Assembly (NCBI GenBank): GCA_964016885.1
Contig: CAXHJY010000704.1
Coordinates: forward strand, 20,892 to 84,891
DNA from: Eledone cirrhosa
Lineage: Eukaryota
DNA length: 64,000 bases
Reading direction: 5' to 3'
In this document: piece by piece, positions 61,949-64,000 of the stretch
Layout of the letters: every line of letters begins with the position of its first letter
Position numbering within the stretch: the stretch's first letter is position 1
Made by a program: the position numbers and the translations under genes
The notes under the pieces: model-generated
Database searches by the model: none
What the model was told of the DNA's origin: nothing
What the model saw: only the letters and a program-made list of their open reading frames with translations

Positions 61949-63915
61949 CCCTTTAATGTTCAAACAGGCCAATCCCGGCCAGAATTCTCTACCTTTTTCT
62001 GTTGAAACTGGTCACTCAAACTGATGTTAAGGTATTGTTCTCAAAATAAATACTTTCAAAATCTCATAGATTCGATATTATGTGAGATAAAGCATTTACC
62101 ATGAAAATATAATAGTATATATAGAGTAATCATCATCATCATCAACGTTTAACGTCCGTGTTCCACGCTTGCATGGGTTTGGACGGGGGTAGTCCCACTT
62201 GAGGCAAGAGTGATTGTCTTGCTCGCATAGGACTGTCTGGCAGGTTTTCTACAGTTGGATGCCCTTCCTAACACCAACCACATTTACAGTGTGGGTCTGG
62301 GAGGTTTTTACCGTGTTGCCTACACGGCCACATTACAGCGTGGACTGTGTGTTTTTTTGTCGTGACACCTACACGATCTCATTTGTTTCGGCCTGGATGG
62401 CGCGGCACCAACATAACTTTACATAGAACGGGGGTGGTGTGGATGGGGTGGTGGTGGTGGGACGGGGTGTATTTTGTTAGAGATGCCTACTGGCTGGAGT
62501 AGGTTTTACTATATATTTAGGTAAGGCGGGTCTTCTCTGTTACTGAGTACCGCCAAAGGTCTCGGTCCAGTGACATTGTCTTGGAGAGGTGTAAGTGTGT
62601 GATGTCAGAGTTTATCAGCTCGTCCCAGGTTTTTCTAGGTCTGCCTATTCCGTGACTACCGTCTATCTTTATTGCCTTGCACTTTGTTATACAGCTATCG
62701 ACTTTCATGCGCATCACGTGTCCATACCAACGTAGCCTTCTCTCGAGTAAACAACATCTGATCCCTCTTATCTCTAATTTTTTCCTTAGTTCGTTTATGC
62801 TTTGCCGTTCACGTATATTACTGTTACACATCCAGCGGAGCATGCAAGCTTCGTTCCTCTCTAGTCTGCGTATATCCTCTGCACACAATGCCCAGGTCTC
62901 ACTGCCATGCAGCATTGCTGTTCGTATGCAGGCATCGTACAACCTGCCTTTCATTTTTAGGGAGAACCCTTTAGCAGCTAATAGTGGTATAAGCTCTCTG
63001 AACTTTTTCCAACCAGTTCTGACTCTAGCTACAGTACTTTCAGAGCACCCTCCCCCACTGCTGATTTTATCGCCCAGGTAACGGAAGCTGTCCACTATTT
63101 CTATAGAACCCTCTGCGCAATTGAAAGAGCTAGTATTTTGTGTGCACTTGCTGCTACTTATTGCACCAGAACACCGGCCACATGTAAAATCTATGTTCTT
63201 AGTTAGCTTACCTGTGATCCCACTACATCTTTTATGCACCCATACTTTGCATTTGGGACATAAAATGGAGTTTCTACCTACGCCTTTCCTACACACCGAG
63301 CACGACCATTTCCCAGAAGGGACCGCCGCCTTGTTTTCTTTCCTACAAACTAGAACTTTAGTCTTAGCCAGGTTAATTTTAAGTCCTTTTGACTCTAGGC
63401 CTGCTTCCATGTTTGGAATTTCTTCTCTAGCTCGGCCATTGATTTCGCTATGAGTGTCAGGTCGTCTGCGTATAGGAGTTCCCATGGGCAGCCGGTCTTG
63501 AACTCCTCTGTTATAGCCTGAAGGGCAATAATAAATAGTAGGGGGCTGAGAACAGAGCCCTGATGGACGCCAACTTTTACGCTAAACTCTTCACTATATT
63601 CGTTGTTAATTCTAACCTTGCTGACTGTTTCTTTATACATGGCTTGTATAGCCCTCACAAGCCATTCGTCAACGCCTAGTTTTCTAAGAGCCCACCAGAT
63701 AATGAGCGGGGGACTCTGTCGAAGGCTTTCTCCAAGTCGACAAAAGCTAAGTAGAGGGGTTTACCTTTAGCTAGGTACTTCTCCTGTAGTTGTCGTACTA
63801 TGAAAAGAGCGTCTGTGGTACTTTTGCCTGACACAAACCCGAACTGCATTTCATCTAGGTCAATTCTCTCTCTGATTAGTTGCGCTATTACTTTTTTAAT
63901 GTGAATGCTAAAGGG
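61949..63915. mobile_element. piggyBac-like MITE split by an RTE insertion
   Basis: TTAA-flanked TIRs lie at 61949 and 63915, and the body is the reverse complement of the 41001-41218 family. Confidence 0.8.
62131..63896 (-). mobile_element. 5'-truncated RTE subfamily B copy with a putative TAAT target duplication
   Basis: It is near-identical to 2601-4375, with ORFs at 62517-63485 and 63395-63658. The tetramer taat occurs at 62127-62130 and 63897-63900. Confidence 0.93.
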
Positions 63916-64000
63916 TTAAAGAGATATATGCACACTCAATACTACAAATAACGGTTTACTCTGAGCTTACAAATCTCAACCTGTCTCTCTAACAGTTGTG

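Noticed and set aside
63965-64000. Possible minus-strand donor gtaagc with an exon at the window edge
   Set aside because: None of the three frames resembles the expected preceding PNPT1 sequence, and the stretch is too short to judge.

Overview
This is AT-rich, repeat-dense animal genomic DNA. The SINE, RTE and microsatellite content suggests an octopus or other cephalopod (inference). Almost the whole window appears to be intronic sequence of a minus-strand gene for mitochondrial polynucleotide phosphorylase (PNPT1). Two 84-nt, phase-1 exons are recognisable (47170-47087 and 13196-13113, the second encoding the KH domain), joined by a ~33.9-kb intron. The introns hold about eight RTE-clade LINE copies (one with an intact 992-aa ORF that carries a PHD-like finger after the RT), two Penelope-like element families, CRE-like and CR1/L2-like relics, tRNA-derived SINEs, TTAA-flanked MITEs and several minisatellites. 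The most striking unexplained signal is a set of 110-420 bp fold-back elements beside (TA)n tracts. They belong to several unrelated sequence families, and each carries a minimal type-I hammerhead ribozyme motif. About 12 intact or decayed hammerhead cores occur in 64 kb, and every copy with a canonical core lies on the PNPT1 sense strand. All calls were made by eye; no database searches were run.
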